Assembly (NCBI RefSeq): GCF_009914755.1
Contig: NC_060943.1
Length of the DNA stretch: 64,000 nt
Strand: one strand, 5' to 3'
DNA from: the human T2T-CHM13v2.0 reference genome, Homo sapiens
The notes below the pieces were generated by a model. That model did not search any database. It was not told the origin of the DNA and saw only the letters and a list, made by a program, of their open reading frames with translations. Numbering within the stretch: the first letter of the stretch is position 1; each line of letters starts with the position of its first letter. Shown here one piece after another: positions 14,973 through 29,577 of this stretch. The translations under genes and the position numbers were made by a program.

Positions 14973-16254
14973 CTGAAGCGGGGACAGAGGCGGTCCCATT
15001 CATTGCACGCAGCCCCGAGGTTACGTTTTTGGGTCTAGAGGGCGGGGTTGGTGCTCATGCTTCCCCAGGTGTGTTCATTCCCAAGGACCCCAGAACGCAG
15101 GGGCCGCCGCCTGTGCTCTGGGCTGGGACAGTGGACCCTCTTCCTTCCCGAAAAGAAAAGCCAGACAGAGACGCCCCGTGCCCCTGAGAGCAGCAGAGGC
15201 CGTGGGCAGAGTGGAGCCCAGGTGGTGACCTCAGGCCTCTGTGGGGTCCCAATGCTGGGGCTGCCCGGCTGCGGCGTGGTGGGGGCTTGGCCCCACCTGG
15301 AGGGCCACGTCAGGGGTGAGGTGCCCCGGATGCTGTTGCACCTCCAAGGGCGCCTGGCCTGAGTAAGGAGCTTGAAGCCAGCCCCCAGTAGAAGGCCTGT
15401 ATGACTGGGTCTGTACCAGGGCAGGACCATTGAGAGCAGGACAAGAAACAGCCACAGGGCCCCTCTCTCTGCTGGCCCACCTGACAGACTCAGCACCCAG
15501 GGGGCCCTCCCACCGAGCCAGACAACACTAGCCCTGGCCGCCTCCTCGTGTGGACCCAGGGTCCTAACCCAGGTCAGAAGTGGGGGTCAGCCACTTCCTG
15601 CCCAGCACTGTGTCAAGGACCCCGGGCACATCCCTACAGCTGTCACTGGGTGTCCATGCTACAGAGGCCTGGCAGGCCCAGGACACAGGTGAGCGAGGCA
15701 TAGGTGGGGAAGGAGGACCTAGAGCAGAACCTGCAGCCACACGAGGGTGCCTCCCCGAGCCCTCCTTTCCCTCCGAGCCCCGGATCCAGGTGTCGCAGAA
15801 GCGCAAGCAAGACCAGCCAGGAGACCAAGGCACCTGGGGAGCGGACAGGCCATGCAGGATGCCAACGAGTCTGGGACTCTGGGGCGGGGCCAGCACTAGG
15901 AGAGCTTTTTCCCCGTGACCGATGGTGACACACACACACTGGGTGGTGAGAACATTCCAGAACACACCTTGGTGGAAGATGGGGAGATGGAAAAAAGCCA
16001 CTGGAAGGCAGCTCAGCCTGAAGGCATCAAGCAGTGGTGGCGCCACGCAGTGGCAGGCGGGAGGGCTCAGCTCGGCCCTGGCTCCCACGGCCGGGGGCTG
16101 TGTGGCCCTGGGCAGACCCCTGCCCTCTCTGGGCTTAGCTTCCACCCCCAAAAAGCCAGGCGGGGGACCAGGCATCTACACACCAGGTGTCTACACGAGG
16201 CGACTGTGCTGGCCGCTGCCCGGGGAGAGGGGGAAGTGGCAGGCACCCACCTAC

Positions 16255-16354
16255 CTTCCAAGCTCTCCTGAGCATCGGACGAGAGGCCCCCGTGCCGGAG
16301 CTGGTCATGCAGGAACTGGATGATGGCGTAGGCCAGGCGCTTCTTGTTGTCCAT
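16255..16354 (-). CDS. SGTA: SGTA exon 2 coding part (exon starts at 16377), aa 1-33, dimerisation/UBL-binding domain
   Basis: AAGATGG start; [33 protein letters not shown]; acceptor CAG at 16380-16378, donor G|GTAGGT. Confidence 0.98.
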
Positions 16355-16699
16355 CTTGAGCCCAGAAGAGGTGATACCTGGGGGTGCAGGAAAAACCCCC
16401 ATCAGGCCCCCTCACACTCCCCACTCCAGGCACCCCAGGCCTGCCCCTAACTAGCTGGGCCTCACTTTAAGGGTGCTGGCTGATCTCAGCTCCAGGACAG
16501 CCCAGGTAGAAAGGCCTTAATACGCCCATTTCACAGATGATGACCTGAGGCCCAGAGCTCACCAATCCGGCTATGCACACAGCCAGAAAGTGTGAGGCCA
16601 GCAGGCAAGCAGGGCCTGCCCTAGAGAACCCGCGTGCTCCCAGGGCCTCCTGAGCACTCCCAGGGTGGTACTGAGGCGCCACGGAGGTCCCCTCCGCCC

Positions 16700-16823
16700 C
16701 TGCTTCTGGCATGAGGTGGGTGGGGGCCAGGGATGCTGCCCAGCACCCTGCAGTGCCCAGGACAGCTCCACTCCAGAGAACGATCCAGCCCCAATGTCCA
16801 CAGTGCTGAGAGGGAGAGACCTT
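16700..16823 (+). mobile_element. MER20-like element, 3' part
   Basis: ggccagggatgctgcccagcaccctgcagtgcccaggacagc. Confidence 0.78.
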
Positions 16824-17026
16824 GTCCTCAGCCAGAGCCACTGCCCCTTTCCTCAATTTACCTCTTTTGTGGCATGTCAGCAAGCATTTCTTAGGTACCC
16901 AACGGGGCCAGGTGTGCCTGCCCTGGTATCACTGTTTCACAGGACTTGCAGAGGACTCCCCCCAGGGACTTCTTGGGGACCCGTCTTGTTCCCCCTGGGA
17001 GGCCTACCTACCTCATTCCACCTCAG

Positions 17027-17460
17027 ACCCCCCTCTAGTTCCCCCTCGGACACCCTCCTGTGCCCCCCTCGGACACCCGCCTGGTTCCCCCACCTGACAC
17101 CCTCCTGGTTCCCCCAGCGGACACCCTCCTGGTTCCCCCAGCGGACACCAGCCTGGTTCCCCCACCGGACACCCTCCTGGTTCCCCCAGCGGACACCAGC
17201 CTGGTTCCCCCACCGGACACCCGCCTGGTTCCCCCCTCGGACACCCGCCTAGTTCCCCCCTCGGACACCCGCCTGGTTCCCCCCTCGGACACCCGCCTGT
17301 GCCCCCCTCGGACACCCGCCTGTGCCCCCCTCGGACACCCGCCTGGTTCCCCCCCGGATACCCTCCTGGATGCCCCCTCGGACACCCTCCTGGTTCCCTC
17401 TCAGAAACGCTCCTGGTTCCCCCTCGGACATCCGCCTGGTCCCCCCTCGGATACCCTGTC
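17027..17460. repeat. ~24-bp C-rich minisatellite, ~18 copies, SGTA intron 1
   Basis: cccccctcggacacccgcctggtt and variants. Confidence 0.95.
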
Positions 17461-17919
17461 TTGTTCCTCATTCCCAGGACTTGACAGCTGCTTCTGCTCA
17501 TGTCTGTGGTCCCTGCAGTTTCCTGCCAAAGCTCTAAAGGGTGCCAGATGGTGACATCAGGAGAGGCTGTTCTGGAATCTGGAGCTGTAGTCTATGGACA
17601 GGTCTTTTTTTAGTACAAGACCTTTCACACAGGTTTCCTGGGTGCCTGGGCCAACTTGGAGGGGCCTCGGCCACAGTGACCTTCACGGCTCTGAGCAGGA
17701 AGCCCCGACGTGAGCTTCCCCCGGGGCAGGCTGGCCGGCTGCCTTGAGGCGCCAGCTCAGGAAGGCTTGGCCTCACTGTGCCTCCATTTCCCCCGAAGGC
17801 TGGCGATGGTGACTCTAAACATTCAGATGTAACAAGCTGCGTGGAGAAGCAGCCGCCCCCGCCCCCGCCGCTGGAGCAGCCAAGTTCTGGGCTAGTCACG
17901 TCCACCTGGGACCTGAGCA

Positions 17920-18225
17920 CGGGACCTTGTCTGTGTCTTTGCAGATGGAAACAAGTGGAGATGAGGTCGCTGTGGTGGCCCTAATGCAGGGATTGAACAT
18001 GGCCGCACGGAGACGGCCGCGTGAAGACGGAGGCAGAGGCTGAGGCCATGTGGCCACACGAAGAGAGGTGAGGCTCGCTGGCCCCCAGCAGCTGGAAGAG
18101 GCAGGACGGAGCCTCCCTTGGGGCCTTCAGAGGGAACGTGGCCCAGCCTGCACCTTCATCTCAGACTTCTGGCCTCCAGAACTGCGAGGGAAATCAATCT
18201 TGGTTGTTTTAAGCCAGCCGGGTTG
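17920..18225 (+). mobile_element. MLT1-type MaLR LTR
   Basis: gtgaagacggaggcagag...cagacttctggcctccagaactgcgag...gttgttttaagcca. Confidence 0.8.
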
Positions 18226-18430
18226 TGAGGGAGAGGCCAGGCGGTTCCCGGATCGTGGCCTGCAAAGCCTGTGAGCTCGGACGGGTTGTTCGGCCTGAGC
18301 CTCCGCCTCCATGTCTGTAAAATGGGGAGCTCCATTGTGGCTGCTGTCAGGGGTCGGGGAAAAAATAACCCGGAAGCTGTCAGCCCAGCGCTTGGCGCCC
18401 TGAGATATCTGTTGTTAATATCACGATTCT

Positions 18431-18720
<290 letters not shown>

Positions 18721-19819
18721 TCATGATTCCTCGTGGTGAGTCTCGTGGCATAGACCTCGGTTGGCTGTTTTTGGCAGTGTGACCTAGGGGAAGCGACTTA
18801 ACTCTGCTGAGCCTCAGTTTCCTCTTCTGTCCCCCATGGATGGCGACAGCACCTCCCCATCGGGGGGGGGGGGGAGGGGTACGAGACCAGGCGTGCACAA
18901 CGCTGAGTGAACACCCCCACACAGGCAGGTACGTGGACGGGTGCTGGTGCACCCTCCGTGTCCAGATCAACACATGCTGAGGCTATTCCAGAAACGCTGC
19001 CCGGCTGTGCAGTTTCACTGGGAGCATTTGGAGAACCTGCTCTGAGGCCAGAAGCAGGCATGGAGAGGGGTTGCTGTGGTGCTGGCGCATGGAGGGGCAG
19101 CCCTTGGGGAGGCCCTGGCCGTGGGATGGGACCCCCATCCTCTGTTCTTGCGATGAGGTTCCCTTGGCTGGGCCTCCCTTCTCCACCTGCTCCTTCCGGG
19201 CTGGGCTGGGCAGCCGCCTTCCCTGGAATCCACTCCCTGTCCAGGGCCTCTGGTGTCTCTGAGCAGCTGGGTCTTCCCCATCTCTGTCCCTCACTGGCTG
19301 ACATACAGGGTGGCGGGGCTGTGTGTCACCGGCCTTCCTCCGGGGCCGGGCCCAGCCCGTGCATAGTGGACCTTATTCTTAGTTGCACTCTGTGTGCCAA
19401 GACGCATGAGGCAAGGGGCAGGCCTGAGGCCTCAGGAGCTGGGGAACCACCGTGAGGAGAAGCACAGGTTTGAGATCAGACGCTCGGATTCAGGCTGGGT
19501 CAGACAGGGCCTGGCCAAGAGGCCGCCAGCCTCGGGATGGACGAGGAAGGGCGAGGCCTGAAGGAATCTTCTACAGTGACAGCTGCCTCTGGATAATTTC
19601 TTATTCTTCTCTGCTCTGTGCCCAGATCTGCTCTCCAAGAAGTGACTAAAGCCACAAACACCTACAAGGAAACTCTGACCCAGCACCCAGGAGGCCACGG
19701 CTCCTCCTTCTGAGCCAGCACAGTGCAAGGGGTCTCTGCCGCCAGGTCCCACTCCCCAGCTGGGCCCCAGGGACCCTCTGCGCGCAGCCACGCTGACAGG
19801 CGGCTCCAGGGGCTGAATA

Positions 19820-21460
19820 CTGTCGTGTGCTGAACTGTGTCCCCCAAATCCATACACTGAAGTCCTAACTGCCAGGACCTTGGAATGCGACCTCACCTGG
19901 AAATAAGATCTTGGCGGACAGAATTTGGTAAGATGACATCATACCAGTGTACGGCGGGTCCCTAGAGCAATAACCAATGTCCTTATAAAAAGGGGACATT
20001 TGGATGCAGACGCATGCACAGGGAGAACACTGTGTGGATGTGAAGGCAGAAATGGGTGACGCGGCCACACGGCAGGGACACCGAGGGCAGAGATGGGTGA
20101 CGCGGCCACAGGGCAGGGACACCGAGGGCAGAGGTGGGTGACGCGGCCACAGGGCAGGGACACCGAGGGCAGAAATGGGTGACGCGGCCACAGGGCAGGG
20201 ACACCGAGGGCAGAGGTGGGTGACGCGGCCACACGGCAGGGACACCGAGGGCAGAGGTGGGTGACGCAGCCACACGGCAGGGACTCCGAGGGCAGAGGTG
20301 GGTGACGCGGCCACACGGCAGGGACACCGAGGGCAGAGATGGGTGACGCGGCCACACGGCAGGGACACCGAGGGCAGAGGTGGGTGACGCGGCCACACGG
20401 CAGGGACACCGAGGGCAGAGGTGGGTGACGCGGCCACACGGCAGGGACTCCGAGGGCAGAGGTGGGTGACGCGGCCACACGGCAGGGACACCGAGGGCAG
20501 AGATGGGTGACGCGGCCACACGGCAGGGACACCGAGGGCAGAGATGGGTGACGCGGCCACAGGGCAGGGACACCGAGGGCAGAGATGGGTGACGCGGCCA
20601 CACGGCGGGGACACCGAGGGCAGAGGTGGGTGACGCGGCCACACGGCAGGGACACCGAGGGCAGAGGTGGGTGACGCGGCCACACGGCGGGGACTCCGAG
20701 GGCAGAGGTGGGTGACGCGGCCACACGGCAGGGACACCGAGGGCAGAGATGGGTGACGCGGCCACACGGCAGGGACACCGAGGGCAGAGGTGGGTGACGC
20801 GGCCACAGGGCAGGGACACCGAGGGCAGAGGTGGGTGACGCGGCCACACGGCAGGGACACCGAGGGCAGAGGTGGGTGACACGGCCACACGGCAGGGACT
20901 CCGAGGGCAGAGATGGGTGACGCGGCCACAGGGCAGGGACACCGAGGGCAGAGATGGGTGACGCGGCCACACGGCAGGGACACCGAGGGCAGAGATGGGT
21001 GACGCGGCCACACGGCGGGGACACCGAGGGCAGAGGTGGGTGACGCGGCCACACGGCGGGGACACCGAGGGCAGAGGTGGGTGACGCGGCCACACGGCGG
21101 GGACACCGAGGGCAGAGGTGGGTGACGCGGCCACACGGCGGGGACACCGAGGGCAGAGGTGGGTGACGCGGCCACACGGCAGGGACTCCGAGGGCAGAGA
21201 TGGGTGACGCGGCCACACGGCAGGGACTCCGAGGGCAGAGATGGGTGACGCGGCCACAGGGCAGGGACACCGAGGGCAGAGATGGGTGACGCGGCCACAC
21301 GGCAGGGACACCAGATTGCCCTCACGTCCTCACAAGGAACGAGCCCCGACAGAACCTTGATCATGGACTTCCGGCCTCCAGGACTGAGAGACGATGAACT
21401 CTGTTTCAGCTGCCTGGTCTATGGCACTCTGTCACCGCGGCCCCAGCAAACCGACACTAA
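19820..21460 (+). mobile_element. MLT1-type MaLR LTR expanded internally by the 41-bp VNTR
   Basis: 5' tgaactgtgtcccccaaat...gtccttataaaaagggg; 3' ggacttccggcctccaggactgagagac...cagcaaaccgacac. Confidence 0.82.
20045..21312. repeat. 41-bp minisatellite, ~31 copies, inside an MLT1 LTR in SGTA intron 1
   Basis: gagggcagagRtgggtgacgcggccacaSggcRgggacWcc. Confidence 0.98.
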
Positions 21461-22133
21461 CACCTGGCAAGCAGGCATCTCAGGACGCACCTCAGTCCTC
21501 GTGACGACTCCAACAAGCGGGTCGGCCCTGTCTCCAGCTGAACTGAGCCAGGTTGGGCAGGGACGCGTGGTCGCATGCCCAGGATCACATAGACAGGAGA
21601 ACAAACGGGCTGTCATCACACGGAAGGGAGCAGTGAAGGGCGGTGGCCGAGGGACACGGAGGGAGGGAGCAGCTGCGCGTTGCTCACTGTGCTGCGGTCC
21701 CAGGAGCCAGCTGCCCGAGGGGCAGCTTCTTTTATAAGAAAACGACACTTCCTATCACGTCTATGCAAATGTCCATTTTAACTTTAAGTGCACAGATGTC
21801 TAATGGCCCGAGACACGTAGGTTAACACCCGTGCACGCGTACACAGAGGCCTTCACCTACAACCATCCCCGTGTAGACAGCATCAGAGGCAGGGCACCAA
21901 AAGCATTAAAACCATGCAGATGACCTACCTGAGCACTTCGCAGACCTAGAACGTCAACTATGTAAAATACCTGCCCATGAACATTGGCAAACTCCTGGCC
22001 TCAAGCAATCCTCCCACCCTGGCCTCCCAAAGCGCTGGGATCACAGGTGTGAGCCACCATACCCGGCCTCCTCCAGGAGGCAAATGCTGAGGAAAGCCGT
22101 GGATTCTACTGACCCACTGGATTTTGCTGAAGC

Positions 22134-22168
22134 TGTGTGCGCGCGCATGTGTGTGTGTGCGTGCATGT
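22134..22168. repeat. Alternating purine-pyrimidine tract (TG/CG/CA)
   Basis: tgtgtgcgcgcgcatgtgtgtgtgtgcgtgcatgt. Confidence 0.9.
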
Positions 22169-22196
22169 CTCTCCAGATTCTGTCTCTCTCCCAGAC

Positions 22197-22355
22197 CAGC
22201 GGTTCTCGATGGATGTGCTGAGACACTTGGTGTTGTCTCACATGGAGTGGGGGGAGGCCAGGGACGCTGCTCAGTGCCCTGGAGTGCCCAGGACGGCTCC
22301 ATCCCAGAGGATGATCCGGCCTCAACATCCACAGCTCCCACTGGGAGAAAGCTGG
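22197..22355 (+). mobile_element. MER20-like element
   Basis: cagcggttctc...ggccagggacgctgctcagtgccctggagtgcccaggac. Confidence 0.75.
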
Positions 22356-22839
22356 ACTAGAAGAGGAGGACCTGAAGAGCCTGTGGGTGCACCAGGCCCT
22401 TGACACAACACCGTCTCATGACCTCGGCGCAGTGACCTATGCGGCAGGACTGGGGATGGAGGTGTTCACTCAAGGCCACTGGAGCCACAGGCACGGCAGG
22501 ATCCGCGCCCGGCAGGCGCCTGACCTGCCCCCACACTCAAGATCAGAGGCGTTCAGTGTCTTGGTTCCCCTAAAATGCCTCTACATGAGGTGAACAGCCA
22601 CCACCCCCTAGAAAATGAGGCGTGGGCTGCCTGACCGCATAACCCACCCCGCGCCAGAGACAAGCAAGGCATTGGCCCGCCACGCTTTAAACAGTGGCTG
22701 ACGTCAGACTCAGATGACACCGGCGACGTGGACCTCCACGCCACTAAACAAGCATAGTCCCAGACACACTGGGTGTGCCCACAGCTTTGTTTCCCTTTCA
22801 GGGAAAGCAACATCCATCAGCAATCATTAAAAAACAAAA

Positions 22840-23145
22840 CAAAACAGAGAGCAAAAGAGCCAGACCCAAAGCACACACAGGGTGTGACACCGACTCCATT
22901 TCTATGAAATGTCCAGGACAGGCCCATCCAGAGACAGGAAGGAGACGCGTGGGTGCCGGGGCTTGGGGAGGGGAAGGGGAGTGACAGCTGGTGGGGACCA
23001 GCTTCCTTGCTTCCTTTTGGGGCGATGAGACAGCTCTGGAACCAGAGAGTGGTGATGGTTGCACAACCCTGTGAAGGCACCAAATGCCACTGAATTTCAC
23101 GGTGTGGGGATCACAGCGGTGTGGGAATCACAGCTCAATGTTTTA
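22840..23145 (+). mobile_element. L1MB-type 3' end fragment
   Basis: ccatttctatgaaatgtccaggacagg...gtggtgatggttgcacaaccctgtgaa. Confidence 0.75.
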
Positions 23146-23539
23146 AAGGGGGAGAAATCTACAAGAGCTGTGTTTTGTGTCGCTGGACAGGGAGTTACGG
23201 TCTTCCTGAAAGCTCCTGCGGGATGGTAATGAGTTTTCCGCCCCCATCTCAGGACACAATGGACAGCCCAGAACTTTGAGGTCTGGGATCAGGACTGCCT
23301 AGAGCCGGCGGGCAGCCAGTCCCAGAATCCAAAGATCTCATGTACGACACATCAGGGCCCACGGCAGTCAACCACCACCAGAAAGTGAAACCACAAAAGC
23401 TGACGTCATCCGCCCCGGCCAACAGGGTTCAGAGAGCAAACCAGTCAGGTCTCCTGACCCCCAAGCCCAAGGAAAACAGACACATGCCACCCGAAAGGTG
23501 AAGATTTTTGGTTTACGGAGTTTCTTTTGTTTTATTTTT

Positions 23540-23972
23540 AAGCACGTTTTGACAACAGCATTACAATAGCCAAAAGCAAACAGCCCAAGTGTCCACGGAC
23601 AGGTGAGTGGATCAACACAATGTGGCCTAGCCACACGACGGAACGCTACGCAGCCATGAAAAGGAAATCCTGACCAGGCTACAACATGGGCGGACCTTGA
23701 GGACGTCGCACTCAGTGAAATAAGCCAGAAACAAAGGTACAAAACCTGTGTGACTCCCCTCCTAGGCGGTCCCTAGAGTCGTTGGATTCACAGAGACCAA
23801 AAGTGGAATTGGGGGTGCCAGGGGCTGGGGAGTGAATGTTTCATGGGGACAGAATTTCAGCCTGGGGAGATGAGAAACTTCTGGAGATGATGGTGGCGAT
23901 GGCTACATAGCTGTGTGAATGTGCTTAAAGCCACTGAACTGTGCATTTATAACTGATTAAGATGGTAATTTT
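23540..23972 (+). mobile_element. L1MA/L1MB-type 3' end fragment
   Basis: acaatagccaaaa...ctcagtgaaataagccag...gccactgaactgtgcattta. Confidence 0.78.
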
Positions 23973-23973
23973 T

Positions 23974-25354
<1,381 letters not shown>

Positions 25355-26247
25355 CTAGAAGGCGGGGGTCACAGCCCCCTCTTACAGAGGGAGTGACAGG
25401 CCCAGACAGGTGGCACACGCAAGATCCTACCAGTGACAGCTGGAACTCGGCTTAGCATTCCAGGCACACAGGGCCTAGCACGATCCACGCTGAGGGGTGT
25501 GGGGGGCAGGGGTGTGTGTGTGGAGGGGGATGTGCGTTCCTTCGCAGGGAACTAACACAGAATAAACCAAGAAATCTCATCTTTGGTTCTTTGGTGTACC
25601 TGTTTCCTTCTCTCTTAAACTGAGGTGTGAGAACTGGACAGGGTGGCAGGTGGCTAGGGACCCAATGAGGGTTCAGAAAGTGGAAAGAGTTGCATTCACT
25701 GAGTCACACTCCTCTCTTCCAGTGCCGCCGGTGCCTCTGTACCCCAGGGCTTTTGCACGTGCTGCTTTCCCTCCTGGAACACCGCCCCCCCCGGCCCCCG
25801 CCGCCACATCCCAGAGAACCTCTTAGCCTCAGGGTCTCCACCCTACCCCATCCCTGTTACCCTGGGACAGAGCTGAGCAGAAGTGCCCCAGCTTAGACAC
25901 CCTGGGCTAGGGGATGCCACGGATCCCCAAGAGACTCTGTGTCCCATGATCATTTGCTCTACTAAGGTCCCAGGAGGCTGCACACATTGAAATTCACAAA
26001 CTATGGAGGATTGCTTGAGCCCAGGAGTTTGAGGCCAACTTGGGCAACAAAGTGAGGCCCTGTCTCTAACAAAACAAAACAAAACAAAAGATAAAATAAA
26101 TCCACACACTAAGGGGAGAGGGAGCAAGGAGGTGAATCCTAGGAGCTGGGGACCCCCTGATTTCCACCCTCTGCCCAATCAGAAGTTTATTCTGCTGTCC
26201 AGTGTGAGCAGGAGCAAGCTCAATTTTTTTCCCAAATAATTAATGCA

Positions 26248-26430
26248 GGTCTGTCGCCTGTGGCACTGTGGGCATCTTGGGTGGATGATTCTGTCCTGCG
26301 CACGGCAGGGGGCTGAGCAGCACCCCTGGCTCCCCCCACTGCACACCAGAAACACTCTCCAGTTGAGACAACCACACATGTCCCCAGACACTGCCAAACC
26401 GCCCCCAGCTGTAAATCACTGATGGCCACT
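26248..26430 (-). mobile_element. MER20-like element
   Basis: acaaccacacatgtccccagacactgccaaa. Confidence 0.72.
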
Positions 26431-27077
26431 AAGTGGGAAGAAAGGCTGGAAGTCAGTACAGGTCAGCTTTTTCTGTCCAAAATGACTTTGCTGTGAGCTT
26501 TCTGAAAACCTTCTGCTTGTAGGCTATTCTGGGTTTCAGAACTGCGGGTCCACGGTGGAGGACTGCTCAACTAAGGGAAGCACAGGCCCTGCCCAGCATG
26601 TGACACAGGCCAGTGGTGCCAGGACCTGTGGCTTCTCTGCTGTCCCCAAGGTGGGGGACATCATCAAACGGTTCTCAAATCTGCTTCAACAGCCAGGCTT
26701 TCCCGTAAGAAAGTTTTCTGCTCTTCAGAGGGGGGTCCAGCAAGCATGAGGACGGCATTTTCCTCAACTGCCGTTTGGCACTCGGTGTCTTTGGAACAAT
26801 CACAACTTGTAGGGTTTGGCTGTGGGACAGCATCTCAAAGAAGGCCTGCTGTGTCTCCCAACAGCGAGGGCTTTATGGATGCTCAGGAGCCATGGCCGAG
26901 GCCTGGTTTCAAGGCAGAGGCCGCAGAAGTGAGGGTGGGAGGGTGCTGGCCCATGGGGGTGGCGCCAGCTCCAATGTTGGGGGCTTCAGCGTCCCTTTCG
27001 GCTCTGAGCCGATGACTCCACATCCCACCTTTTCATTTTATCATTAAAATAAAAACAAAATCAAAACACAGCCACCT

Positions 27078-27390
27078 CGGTCGGGGCGGTGGCTCACACC
27101 TGTAATCCCAGCACTTTGGGAGGCCGAGGTGGGAGAATCGCTTGAGTCCAGGTGTTTAAGACCAGCTTGGGCAATACAGTGTATAGTGAGACCCTACAAA
27201 AGAGACTCTAAAAAAAAAAAATAGAATTAGCCTGATGTGGCGGCACACACTAGTAGTCCCAGCTACTTGGGAGGCTGAGGCGAGAGGATTGTTTAAGCCC
27301 AGGAGTTGGAGGCTGCAGTGAGCTGTGATTGGGCCCTGCACTCCAGCCTGGGTGACAAAGTGAGACCCTGTCTCTAAAAACAAACAAAAA
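27078..27390 (+). mobile_element. AluJ-like
   Basis: Dimer with J-type diagnostics (ttgagYccagg, gctgcagtgagctgtgat). Confidence 0.9.
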
Positions 27391-28091
27391 ACTCACAACC
27401 ACCTCTCTTCCTTATTTCCCTGCCCAGAAGGGATCATTCAATGGAAAAAAATAGAACATCCTCGTAAACTGAGGTCGTCTTACCTCCTCACACCCCAGTA
27501 GGAAGGGCCCGCTCTTACCCACTACCTTCTGTGAACACTCTGCCCAACTCCATCCCAAATCCACGGTGCTTCTCACCAACAGCAGGGCAGGAGAGCCGGG
27601 TGCCCTGCTCCTCACTCCCTCTTAGGATACCCGAGTTCTAGCTCAGTCTCCTGCCCACTCCCCACATCGAAGCCTACTTCCTTCTAAAATGCCACCAGGA
27701 GATCGCTGCACACATAAAAGCTCTCAACTGCTCCTTGCAACCCCAGGAGTGTGCATAGGAGGCCTCTCACCAGCTGGGGGTCATCTGTGGGGCCTACACC
27801 AAACCCTGTACATGCCACTCAAACTCAAGTGCTCACCTCCCCTGCCCAACTCCGCCAGGAGAGAATCTAGTATTCCTGCAAACTCCTATCTCTGGCCCAG
27901 CATCTCTTACAAGGCTTTCTATCTCTTGACAGACCCATCTTCCCTTTGAACGCCAGCATCTGGCAGCGTCTAAACCCTATGGACTCAGGAAAGCCTGCGA
28001 TTGTTGAAAAATTCACAGCCACATGGTCACGTTCCTTGGGGAGGCCATTTCTCTCTGGGTCTCTGTTTCCACCTCAGTAAAAGAGAAAACG

Positions 28092-28477
<386 letters not shown>

Positions 28478-28629
28478 TCAAGGATCCTCCAATCTGGGGC
28501 AGAGCTCACCCGCATTTGGAATCATTCACCCTTCTAGGAAGATTTAATTATAAACCTCAGCTCAAATCCTTGGCGTGCTTACAGCTTTCCAGGCACCCAG
28601 TTAAGTGCTGTACATGCGATAGCTTATTT

Positions 28630-28845
28630 TAGGGGTCAGCAAAGGTTTTTCTGAAAAGGGCCAGATTGTCTTCAGCTCTGCAGGCGTTAAGTTCCCTATG
28701 GCAACTGTTCAACTGTGCCTTCTTAGCTCGAAATCAACTACAGGTAACGCATAAACCAAGGAGTGTGGCTGTGTTCCTACAAACCTTCATTCACAAAAAC
28801 AGGCCAGAGGTGGATTTGGCCTTCTGGTCAGTTTGCTGATACCTT
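28630..28845 (+). mobile_element. MER58-like hAT element
   Basis: aggggtcagcaaa...aagggccagat...gtggctgtgttcc...agtttgctga terminal motifs. Confidence 0.7.
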
Positions 28846-28849
28846 GCCT

Positions 28850-28995
28850 GGTTTAATCCTCACACACCTGAGGTGGTTACTATTATAATCCCCATTCCAC
28901 AGAAGAAAAACTGAGGCTTGGAAAGATGGGGACCACCCGAGACCACCCAGCTCCGAGGATGAAAATGAGGAGTTCTGAACCCAGGCAGTCTGACT
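28850..28995. mobile_element. MIR fragment (other MIR cores near 11155, 16530, 18310, 18810, 30050)
   Basis: ccccattccacagaagaaaaactgaggct core. Confidence 0.65.
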
Positions 28996-29119
28996 TGAGA
29001 AGCTAAACTCCAAAGTACCCATTTCTCTCTGCACGAAATTGGGTGCACACACAAAACTTTGTACACGATTTCCCGGGCCCACACAGTCCCAGCTGCCCAT
29101 GCTGGTGAAGAATCACTGA

Positions 29120-29368
<249 letters not shown>

Positions 29369-29394
29369 TCAGCCCGTATGGTAGGGTTTTTAAA

Positions 29395-29577
29395 GCATTA
29401 TTGACATTTAAAGCTGGATCATTTTCTGGGGTGAGGCCGTCCTGGGTACTGCAGGGTGCCGAGCAGCAACCCTGGCCTCCACCAACTCCAAACCAGGGGG
29501 TCCCCCAAATCATGACAAGCACAAATGTCACCAAGAATCCCTGGGGCACAGAATTGTTCCTGGTTGAGAACCACTGG
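29395..29577 (-). mobile_element. MER20-like element
   Basis: Ends in gttgagaaccactg (terminal repeat). Confidence 0.8.

Noticed and set aside
18862-18879. G13 homopolymer
   Set aside because: Isolated mononucleotide run within a MIR remnant; no further structure.
20045-21312. CRISPR-like appearance of regular repeats (also 8964, 51148, 59000)
   Set aside because: Units are contiguous with no unique spacers and no cas genes; these are eukaryotic minisatellites.
19865-21364. 442-499-aa ORFs, the longest in the ORF track
   Set aside because: They are translations of the stop-free 41-bp VNTR in three frames; no splice or domain evidence for a gene.
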